The notes: generated by a model not told the origin, from the letters alone. 28,132 bases of DNA from Elusimicrobiota bacterium (GCA_027340875.1 DAIENX010000003.1:1-28132), one strand, 5' to 3'; shown: positions 19,255-26,235, counted from the stretch's first letter. Numbers and translations are program-made.

Positions 19255-19338
19255 TCTTCGGCAGCCTGACCCCCGTTCACGTAACGGGTCTTAGCTTTGC
19301 GCCGCCGGCTTTGGCCGGCTTTGCTATTATCGGTACGC
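19255..19338 (-). ncRNA. GEMM-I (c-di-GMP-I family) riboswitch aptamer, A20 variant (candidate 3',3'-cGAMP sensor)
   Basis: The minus strand reads CCGAUAAUAGCAAA-GCCGGC-CAAA-GCCGGC-GGCGCAAAGC-UAAGACCCGUUACGUGAACGGGGGUCAG-GCUGCCGAAG. This matches the family skeleton G.....RGCAAA-stem-loop-GRCGCAAAGC-P3-GCCGAA in order and spacing. Confidence 0.82.
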
Positions 19339-19373
19339 TTCTAAAACTACTGCCCCGGCTTCCTACTGAAACA

Positions 19374-19481
19374 CCCCGCCCTTTTGGGACACACACCGCG
19401 CTACCGTCACACCGCGTCTGTCTGCGACCGCAACTGCACCACCGCACCGCTGCCGCACTGCACCAAGCCAAAAGGGCGGGG
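19374..19481 (-). repeat. Perfect 14-bp inverted repeat enclosing an 80-nt loop of GCRGU-like repeats
   Basis: ccccgcccttttgg (19374-19387) pairs with ccaaaagggcgggg (19468-19481). Plus-strand ACCGC occurs at 19395, 19411, 19427, 19441 and 19446, with single-mismatch variants at 19403, 19433, 19452 and 19457. Confidence 0.85.
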
Positions 19482-19556
19482 CACGTCACTGAAGGTGCCG
19501 TATCAGGGGCTATGCCCATCGGACGGCCACCGCGAACCACGCCTCTCCGCGGTTAT

Positions 19557-19584
19557 ATTATAGCAGACGGATACGGTTTGTCAA
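19557..19584 (-). promoter_or_regulatory. Consensus sigma70 promoter with extended -10 driving the riboswitch leader
   Basis: TTGACA (19584-19579), 16-nt spacer ending in TGC, TATAAT (19562-19557). Predicted transcription start is about 19550. Confidence 0.85.
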
Positions 19585-19602
19585 GAGGCATCCGTTGACG
19601 CG

Positions 19603-20724
19603 TCAAGGGGCCCTCGAACCGCCGCGCAACGACTCCAGCGCGGCCGAATACGCCTTATCGGAGAGAAGGGAAGCCGCGCCCCAGGCGGGCGTGCCGCCGC
19701 CCGCCGGCACGTCGGGCTGCACCCCCCGGCCCTCCAGGTCCGCGCCGGACGCCGTGACCAGCCTGGCCACGGTAAGGCGCAAACCCCGGCCCTCGCCCAG
19801 AGGAAAGGTCTTCTGAACGGATACCCTGCCGGCGGTGCGCGAGCCCACCAGAGCGGCCCCCGCCAGCTCCTTAAGAGAGGCGGCGAAGACCTCGCCCGTC
19901 ATGGAGGTACCGCCGTCCACCAGTACCGCCACGCGAAAACCGGAGAAAGGGCCGGCCTTCCTGGCCAGATAATCCCTGGAATACAGCTCATGCCTGGAAG
20001 CCAGCCTGAGCACCGGACCCGGCTTCCGGGCGAAAAGGGTCAGCAGGTCGGCCGCCTCGGCCGGCGATCCGCCCCTGTTGCCGCGCAGGTCCAGAACCAC
20101 GTTCCTGGCCCCCTGCTTTACCAGGCCGGCCAGTCCGGAGGCGGCTATAGCGGCTGAATCGCCGTAAAAAAGCCCCAGCCGCACGAAAGCCGTGCGGGTA
20201 CCGGGCTCATAGAAGCCGAATATCTCCGGCGCGGAGAACGGCTCCGCCTTGACGGCGGCGTCGAATTCGGACACCCCCCCGCTGCCGCGGCGGGCCGCCC
20301 TTATGGCCAACTGGCCGCCGCCCGCCAGCGCCTTCAGGAAGCCTTCCGAACCCGGCGGTTGCGAGTTAACGGAGAGCAGCTTGTCCCTGTCCCTGAGGCC
20401 GGCCTTCTCGGCCGGAGAGCCCTTGAACACCCTGAACAGGCAGTAGCCGCCGTCCTTTATCCCCGTCAGCATGCCGAAGGACGGGGCTGGCGCGGCGGAG
20501 GAAAGCTTCAAGGCGCGCCTGCGCTCCACTATCTCGGAGTAAGGGTCCGCCTCCTTCAATCCGGCCGCCCCTTTCTCCCTCAGCAGCATTCTCAGCCTGC
20601 CGGGGTCCTGTTCGGAAAAGCCCTGCTCCCGGAATATCTCCAGCGTCCGCTCCTCGGGCGGCTTGTACGCGCAGGCGGACAGCGACAGCAGCAGCAGGGT
20701 GGTCAATATATCGTTCTTGGTCAT
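19603..20724 (-). CDS. Lipoprotein, PDZ + S41 (CtpA/Prc-like) peptidase family; catalytic residues appear degenerate
   Basis: Lipobox LLLLSLSAC; PDZ motif VFKGSPAEKAGLR.RDKLLSVN; S41 motifs VVLDLRGNRGG, AVLVDGGTSMTGEVFAASL, LVGSRTAGRVSVQ and GRGVQPDV. Confidence 0.88.
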   Translation of the reverse strand: MTKNDILTTLLLLSLSACAYKPPEERTLEIFREQGFSEQDPGRLRMLLREKGAAGLKEADPYSEIVERRRALKLSSAAPAPSFGMLTGIKDGGYCLFRVFKGSPAEKAGLRDRDKLLSVNSQPPGSEGFLKALAGGGQLAIRAARRGSGGVSEFDAAVKAEPFSAPEIFGFYEPGTRTAFVRLGLFYGDSAAIAASGLAGLVKQGARNVVLDLRGNRGGSPAEAADLLTLFARKPGPVLRLASRHELYSRDYLARKAGPFSGFRVAVLVDGGTSMTGEVFAASLKELAGAALVGSRTAGRVSVQKTFPLGEGRGLRLTVARLVTASGADLEGRGVQPDVPAGGGTPAWGAASLLSDKAYSAALESLRGGSRAP

Positions 20725-20786
20725 TGTCTATCGCACGGGAGAGATCCTCCGGGCCGGCGCCGGGCGGAGCATGGAGATGATACAAC

Positions 20787-22061
20787 CTATACCCACATCG
20801 TATCGCCGGAGGAGAAGTCCCCGGAATCGGGGCCGGCCCACAGGGAGGAGCGGTCGGAGACGCCTGCTCCGTCCCTGTTGGGCAGACAGCAGCAGGGGGC
20901 CTCCTTGGTGCAGCCGCACTCCTCGCCGAAGCCGTTCTCGTCCACCCAGTTCTGCAGGTCGTCGTCGCTGATGCCCTGCGGTTCCTCGCCGTCCTCTCCG
21001 CCGCCCAGGCCCAGGCCGTTCAGACCGCCAGGCCCGTCCCCGTTGCCTCCGGGATCGCCGGGAGAACCGGTACCGGCTATGCCGGAGAAAAGACCGTTCA
21101 TCATGCCGCCGGACATGTCGGCCAGCATCTTGCCTATCTGCGATTTGTCGTCCCTCTTCAGGGCCTCCTCGGTGCCTTCCTTGTTGAACTTGGGGGCCGC
21201 GACCTCGGAGTCGGCGAGGTGTTTGGCCTCGGCCACGCTGACGTCCTGGTCGCGCAGGAAGCCGGGTATGGAGGAGGGGTTGACCCTGTCGAGCTTCGAG
21301 CGCACTTCGTCGTCGTATTCGATGGCCGTCTCGGCCTCGGGGGAGGCGTCGAAGGCCCTGGAGACCCAGCTCTTGGCGGCGTCGTTGGAGGCCAGGCGGG
21401 CGCCGTAGAAGGAGACGCGGAAAGCGCCTTTGAGGGACTCGAGCACGCCGCCCCTCGCGGCCTTGTTCGCCGAGGCCTGCGCGCTTTCCTTCTGGATCTC
21501 GGCCTTCCCTACGATGGTACCGCTGCCCTTGAACCCCGCCATACCGGCAGGAAGGCCCTTGGAATTCGTGCCGCCGGCCCCCCCGGAAAACGAGGCCCTG
21601 GCCTGCAGCTTGCCCCTCATAGCGGCGTCGGGGGCCTGTCCCCCTCCGCTGCCGCCGTAAGAGCCGCCCTCATCCGCTGCGGCATCGCCCCCCTGTCCGG
21701 AAGCACCGGAAACCTGCGTGGAGCGGCCGGAGGCGTCAGCCAGCAGCTCATCCTTGGTCCTGAAAAGGGAAGGATTAAGGCGGGATGCGGAGGCCTCTTC
21801 CTTCGCGCGGCCGGGCAACTCTTCCCCGGCGCCGAAAACGTCGCCCTTCTTCCCGCCCGCGTTGCCTTCATAAATGGAGCTATTGGCGGAAAGCTGGTCG
21901 TAATCGGAACCGCCGCCCAGCTTGTGGGCCGTGTCCTTCAGACCGGTCAGCGCGTAGTAGCCGCCGCCGCCCAGCAGCACCAGAGTGAGCAGCAGGGCCA
22001 GAGGCCAGTATTTCCTCTCTTTTTTCTGCTCTACGGTCTCGCTATTTTCCTCGGAAGGCAT
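20787..22061 (-). CDS. Hypothetical single-pass membrane protein (~424 aa) with Gly/Ser/Ala-rich regions and a C-terminal Cys cluster
   Basis: Strong RBS GGAGGAG before the ATG at 22061. KKERK is followed by TM YWPLALLLTLVLLGGGGYYAL. The tail contains EECGCTKEAPCCCLP. Confidence 0.8.
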   Translation of the reverse strand: MPSEENSETVEQKKERKYWPLALLLTLVLLGGGGYYALTGLKDTAHKLGGGSDYDQLSANSSIYEGNAGGKKGDVFGAGEELPGRAKEEASASRLNPSLFRTKDELLADASGRSTQVSGASGQGGDAAADEGGSYGGSGGGQAPDAAMRGKLQARASFSGGAGGTNSKGLPAGMAGFKGSGTIVGKAEIQKESAQASANKAARGGVLESLKGAFRVSFYGARLASNDAAKSWVSRAFDASPEAETAIEYDDEVRSKLDRVNPSSIPGFLRDQDVSVAEAKHLADSEVAAPKFNKEGTEEALKRDDKSQIGKMLADMSGGMMNGLFSGIAGTGSPGDPGGNGDGPGGLNGLGLGGGEDGEEPQGISDDDLQNWVDENGFGEECGCTKEAPCCCLPNRDGAGVSDRSSLWAGPDSGDFSSGDTMWV

Positions 22062-22137
22062 ATCTCCTCCGGCGGCAAACAAAAGATAAAGGTCTGGGGA
22101 CTGGCTTCCGCCATCTCCTGGGCCTTTCGTTCACAAT

Positions 22138-22166
22138 GTTATAGCAGAGGAAACCGGAATTTTCAA
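22138..22166 (-). promoter_or_regulatory. sigma70-type promoter with extended -10 for the membrane protein/S41 genes
   Basis: TTGAAA (22166-22161, overlapping the FtsH-like stop codon), 17-nt spacer ending in TGC, TATAAC (22143-22138). Confidence 0.65.
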
Positions 22167-23836
22167 GGGGTAGCCCCTGGCGCCGTGGACGGGGCTTCCG
22201 GGCCGTCCGTGGCCGGCAGGGCGCTCTTGAGCATGCGCGACGGCTTGCCGAACTCCGCGAAGATGGCGGCTATCTCGTCGTAATCCAGCTCCTCGCGGGC
22301 CAGCAGCTCGGCGGTGAAGCGCTCCACTATCTTCCAGTTCTCCCTCAGCAGCTTTTCCACGTCCGCCAGCTGTTCCCGCAGCAGTTCCTGCGTCTCCAGC
22401 TCCAGCTTGTCCGCTATCGCGGCGGAGCGCTCGGATTTCCTGACCGAAGAGTAATTGCCGATGAAGCCGCTCTTGCCCATGCCCATAGCCCACACCATGT
22501 GGTGCGCCGTGTTGGCCGCGCTGGCGAAATCAGAGCCCACTCCGGAGGAGGTGACGCCGTACTTGATCTTCTCCGCGGCGAAGCCGCCCAGAGAGGCCCG
22601 CAGCCAGCCTATGTAGCTGTCCCTGTCCGGCACGTGCAACTCCTCGATCGGCATATGGTGCACCACTCCCAGCGCCCCGCCGCGGTGCAGGATCGAGGCC
22701 TTGAACACGTCGTCCGTGGGATGGGACAGGTAGATGGTCACCAGGTGGCCGGCCTCGTGGCAGGCTATGCGCTCGCGCTCGCGAGGGGTCATGCTGAGCC
22801 GGTGAGCCACCCCCAGCTCTATGCGCTCTATGGCCGCGCTGATGTCCTTGTAAGTCACCTTGTCGGAGTCGTTGCGGACGGCTATCAACGCCGCCTCCTT
22901 TACCACGTTCTCGATGTCGGCCGGGGAGTTGCCTACGGCCTTGCGCGCCAGGCGCCCTACGTCCATAGAGGTGTCATAACTTATCTTGCCCAGGTAATGC
23001 GCGAAGAGCTTCTCGCGCTCGGCCAGGTTGGGCTTGTCCACGAAGATCTTGCGGTCGAAGCGGCCAGGCCGGAGCAGGGCCTCGTCCAGTATGTTCTCCA
23101 CCGCGTTGGTGGCGCCGAAGACGATAACGTTGGCGGCCGAATCGAGGCCGTCCATCTCCACCAGCAGCTGGTTCTGCGTGCTGTTGGTCTCGGAACCGCC
23201 GCCGAACGCGTCGTACAGTATGCGGCGGCGCCCTATGACCTCTATCTCGTCTATGAAGATTATGCACGCGCCGTGGGCCTGCGCGTACTCCCTGGCCTGC
23301 TTGAAGAGCTTCCTGACGCGGGCCGCACCCACGCCCACGAAGACCTCAACGAACTCGGAGCCCGCCACCGACAGGAAGGGCACGCCGGCCTCGGTGGCCA
23401 CCGCCTTGGCCAGCAGCGTCTTGCCGCAGCCAGGAGGGCCCACCAGCAGGGCGCCTTTCAGGATCTTTCCGCCTATCGCCTTCACGCGGGTGCGGTCCTT
23501 GATGAGCTGCACCAGCTCCCAAGCCTCGCGCTTGGCCTCCTCCAGGCCGACTATGTCGGTGAAACGTATATTGACCGCGCCGGCGTCCACCTTGGTCTTC
23601 TTCAGCGCGCTGAAGCCGCCGGACTGCATCAGGAACAGGAAGCCCACGAAGATCAGCGTGTTAAAGACCATCCAAGGCATGCTGGCCACGTTCATGCCGA
23701 TTATATAGCGGCGGGTGTTCTCCTCCATCCCGGCCAGGTACCAGACCGGGAAGACCACCGCCAGCAGCACGACAACGACAATGGTTATGGCCAGCCAGTG
23801 CCGCATAAAGTAGTTCTTTATCTTGAACCAGAACAT
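22163..23836 (-). CDS. ftsH: FtsH-like ATP-dependent zinc metalloprotease (AAA+ plus peptidase M41)
   Basis: Two N-terminal TM segments, Walker A GPPGCGKT, pore loop FVGVG, Walker B IIFIDE, SRH LDEALLRPGRFDR, zinc motif HEAGH and GVGSDF. Start is uncertain (TTG 23869, ATG 23836 or ATG 23806). Probably a paralog rather than the housekeeping copy. Confidence 0.92.
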   Translation of the reverse strand: MFWFKIKNYFMRHWLAITIVVVVLLAVVFPVWYLAGMEENTRRYIIGMNVASMPWMVFNTLIFVGFLFLMQSGGFSALKKTKVDAGAVNIRFTDIVGLEEAKREAWELVQLIKDRTRVKAIGGKILKGALLVGPPGCGKTLLAKAVATEAGVPFLSVAGSEFVEVFVGVGAARVRKLFKQAREYAQAHGACIIFIDEIEVIGRRRILYDAFGGGSETNSTQNQLLVEMDGLDSAANVIVFGATNAVENILDEALLRPGRFDRKIFVDKPNLAEREKLFAHYLGKISYDTSMDVGRLARKAVGNSPADIENVVKEAALIAVRNDSDKVTYKDISAAIERIELGVAHRLSMTPRERERIACHEAGHLVTIYLSHPTDDVFKASILHRGGALGVVHHMPIEELHVPDRDSYIGWLRASLGGFAAEKIKYGVTSSGVGSDFASAANTAHHMVWAMGMGKSGFIGNYSSVRKSERSAAIADKLELETQELLREQLADVEKLLRENWKIVERFTAELLAREELDYDEIAAIFAEFGKPSRMLKSALPATDGPEAPSTAPGATP

Positions 23837-23922
23837 AAGCGGAAAAGGGACATGAACCGAGGCGGCCAACGGCCTCCCCGTTCAAAATACCTTTATATTT
23901 CCTCCATTTTTTTAGACACGGT

Positions 23923-24507
23923 TTACTTCAGGCCGGGCAGAACGAACTTGATCGGTCTGTCCCGGTTGGGGACGTACTTTATAACCTCCAGCTTCTTGCC
24001 GCCGGCGCACAGGTAGTCGTGGCCGTTCATACAGGCCGCCCCGTAGGGATGACCGCATACGGCCTGCTTCGGATATTTGCAGAGCAGCTTGACCCCGGCA
24101 GGGTTGGTCACCACCGTCAGCGTCACCACGTTCCACACCTGCGTACGGACCACGTCCATCTTCAGGTCCTTCAGGTTCAGGAATTTTGATACCGCGGGGG
24201 TATCAAATCCGATATACCCCCTTACCGCCTTGATGATGTCCGGCTTCAGGGTGTTCTCGTCCCATACCACCCAGTCCGCGTTCAAATGCGACTCCAGCTG
24301 CCAGCGGCGGGCGGCGTAATAGGAGGCTATCTCCATCTTCTGCACCAGTACCAGCAGCGCGAAGATCTTGGCGGTTATGAAGACGATGATCAGGAAGATA
24401 GGGAACAGCAGCACCACCTCGGTCATGGCCTGGCCGGAACGGCCGTCCCTCAGACAGGAGGCCGCCCTGCCTATACGCCCGGAAATGGTCTTCAGCGCCT
24501 TCGTCAT
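23923..24507 (-). CDS. TadE-like pseudopilin
   Basis: Class III-type signal RSG|QAMTEVVLLFPIFLIIVF followed by ASYYAARR; four C-terminal Cys. Confidence 0.85.
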   Translation of the reverse strand: MTKALKTISGRIGRAASCLRDGRSGQAMTEVVLLFPIFLIIVFITAKIFALLVLVQKMEIASYYAARRWQLESHLNADWVVWDENTLKPDIIKAVRGYIGFDTPAVSKFLNLKDLKMDVVRTQVWNVVTLTVVTNPAGVKLLCKYPKQAVCGHPYGAACMNGHDYLCAGGKKLEVIKYVPNRDRPIKFVLPGLK

Positions 24508-24511
24508 AGGG

Positions 24512-25780
24512 TCACGGGTAAAGCCTGGTCTGGTACTTGGGGGTCGGGTTGGGCCACACGCAGTTGTTCTGACCGCCCGAATTGGCCCAGTTGCCCTGCA
24601 GGTTGGGGCACTGGGTGGCTATCCTGGCATGCACGCAGGGCCGCCCGGTCTCCTTGCACTTGGCTATCCCCTTGAAATCCACCTTGAAATAGTTGGAGGG
24701 CGCGTCCCAGCCCTGGTATACGTCCAGGCCGTTGCCGAGGGTCTGCAGGGCGCCGGGCGTCACGCTGGCCAGCTGGAACAGGCCGTCAGGCGGGTACTTG
24801 GAGAGCATGTTTATGTTGGGATCGTCCAGCGCCGGCATGCCCAGCGACTGGCCGAAGTCGTACGGGCTGCTGGGGTTGTGGAACCGGCCCACGAAGACCA
24901 GCTTGCTGATATAGTGCATCAGGAAGCTCGTGCCGCTCACGAGGCGGTTATAGGCGAAACCGTTGGGGCTGAAGACGCCGTCGTTGCCGCAGGCCTGGGC
25001 CATGTTGGGCTCGCAGGCGTTGGAGTTCAGATAATAGGACTTGCGGAAGAAGTTGAAGTTCTCGGTGAGGCGGTCGAAGACCGTCCACTGCGATTTCTCC
25101 ACGGTGCCCAGCAGGCTGTAGACCTGCGCGTAGAACTTGAAATAGCCGCCGGCGGCGGTGTAAGGCACCAGTATCTGCACGCCCTGGCGGTAGGTGACCA
25201 GCTGGAAGGTATCGGCGTCGGTGGGCGGCTTGCTGTCGCTCCTGATGCCGGAGGCCTGCGTGATGGACGGGGTGTTCTTGTTCACGTCCGGTCTGGCCGG
25301 CTCGTAGAACTCGATCTCCCACTGCTTCTTGTCGTCCAGCGAGGGCGGGTCCGTGCCGGAAACGTCGCCCTTGTACTTGGGATAGGCCCCGGCCTGGTAC
25401 ATCATGTCGTAGGCGCAGATGGTATGCCCTTCCGGGTCCTTGGCGTAATGCAGCGGCTCGTTCGCCCCGTCGGGACCGGGGCATTCGTAGGCTTCCTTGA
25501 AGATGCGGTACGGGAAGGCGCCGTTGACGTAGGCCGTGCGGTTCAGCAGATTGGTGTAGTCGCTCATCTGTATGAACGCGGCCGAGTCTATCGCGAACTG
25601 CTGGCGGATCTTCTCGCGGGAGATCTTGGTGGTCTCGAAGAGCAGGTAGACGAACAGCAGCAGGGAGGGGATGACGAACAGGGACGGGATCAGGATCTGG
25701 CCGCGGCGGGACGAGCAGAAGCGCGGAAGGCCTGAGGCCTTCCTCTTGCTGCTTTCGTATCCGGCAGTTCCAGCTTCCAT
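24512..25780 (-). CDS. TadG-like (Tad domain) large pseudopilin, ~422 aa
   Basis: RRG|QILIPSLFVIPSLLLFVYLL followed by KIRQQFAIDSAA (Tad-domain-like Q.A.D.AA); multiple Cys in the C-terminal region. Start moved to ATG 25780 because the track's 26071 start overlaps the pilin gene. Confidence 0.8.
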   Translation of the reverse strand: MEAGTAGYESSKRKASGLPRFCSSRRGQILIPSLFVIPSLLLFVYLLFETTKISREKIRQQFAIDSAAFIQMSDYTNLLNRTAYVNGAFPYRIFKEAYECPGPDGANEPLHYAKDPEGHTICAYDMMYQAGAYPKYKGDVSGTDPPSLDDKKQWEIEFYEPARPDVNKNTPSITQASGIRSDSKPPTDADTFQLVTYRQGVQILVPYTAAGGYFKFYAQVYSLLGTVEKSQWTVFDRLTENFNFFRKSYYLNSNACEPNMAQACGNDGVFSPNGFAYNRLVSGTSFLMHYISKLVFVGRFHNPSSPYDFGQSLGMPALDDPNINMLSKYPPDGLFQLASVTPGALQTLGNGLDVYQGWDAPSNYFKVDFKGIAKCKETGRPCVHARIATQCPNLQGNWANSGGQNNCVWPNPTPKYQTRLYP

Positions 25781-25806
25781 ATGCCAGTCAGTTACAGGCC
25801 GCCGCC

Positions 25807-26064
25807 TTATTTCGGCTGGCCGGCGCCTATGATAAGCCCCACTATCGTGAATATCCCTCCGAGTATGCGCCGGTGGAACAGTATGGCCATCATCGCGGCC
25901 ACGCCGGCCACTATCGCGAGCAGCAGCAGGTACTCTATGGTGGTCTGGCCGGACCTGCGCGCCAGCACGGCCGGCGTCACCGGCGGAATGCCGTAGAACG
26001 CCAGCTCCGCGCGGCGCATGACGCGCCGCGACAGCCCCAGCAGGTCCGCCGCGATGATATTCAT
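25807..26064 (-). CDS. Flp/Fap-type (type IVc/Tad) prepilin
   Basis: RRSG|QTTIEYLLLLAIVAG fits the Flp motif G|xxxxEY followed by a hydrophobic helix; short mature protein. Confidence 0.85.
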   Translation of the reverse strand: MNIIAADLLGLSRRVMRRAELAFYGIPPVTPAVLARRSGQTTIEYLLLLAIVAGVAAMMAILFHRRILGGIFTIVGLIIGAGQPK

Positions 26065-26098
26065 CCTTCACTACCAGCCTTTCCGCCGGCCCGTTTAT

Positions 26099-26127
26099 GT
26101 TATACCAGCAAAAATGGGCCGATTCAA
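26099..26127 (-). promoter_or_regulatory. sigma70-type promoter with extended -10 upstream of the pilin cluster
   Basis: TTGAAT (26127-26122), 17-nt spacer ending in TGG, TATAAC (26104-26099), with an AT-rich region upstream. Confidence 0.65.
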
Positions 26128-26185
26128 GTGCTTAAACAGTATACAATCGCAATGTTTCTATATTATTAACAGGCCGCGGAGACGC

Positions 26186-26215
26186 AAAGCGGCCGGCCCC
26201 GCGGGGGCCGGCCGC
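26186..26215 (-). terminator. GC-rich hairpin after the response regulator, likely terminator
   Basis: Perfect 12-bp stem gcggccggcccc (26189-26200) / ggggccggccgc (26204-26215) with a 3-nt loop, followed on the minus strand by a short UUU tail, 20 nt after the stop codon. Confidence 0.55.
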
Positions 26216-26235
26216 CGCGCCCGCGCGTTTCGGCA

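Noticed and set aside
19397..19408. ops-like sequence GACGGTAGCGCG (RfaH site GGCGGTAGCGTG)
   Set aside because: A 10/12 match inside a GCGGU-rich tract is likely by chance, and no RfaH/NusG paralog is in the window
19277..19540. 87-aa Cys-rich minus-strand ORF as a leader peptide (and 19119-19598 on plus)
   Set aside because: The Cys/Arg content follows from the GU-rich repeats. The ORF runs through the aptamer and has poor RBS spacing. Not fully excluded without ribosome profiling.
22081..22125. Hairpin with U-rich tail in the leader of the membrane-protein gene, considered as a fluoride or other riboswitch
   Set aside because: Only a short UGGC-GGAA-GCCA stem pairs well on the coding strand, and the other conserved riboswitch motifs are missing
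20359..25735. Plus-strand ORFs 20359-21408, 21219-22283, 22499-24016 and 24368-25735
   Set aside because: Antisense shadows of well-supported minus-strand genes, with no recognisable motifs
25781..26071. 519-aa start for the TadG-like gene
   Set aside because: It overlaps the Flp pilin gene in another frame. The ATG at 25780 places the G|Q processing motif near the N-terminus, as expected.
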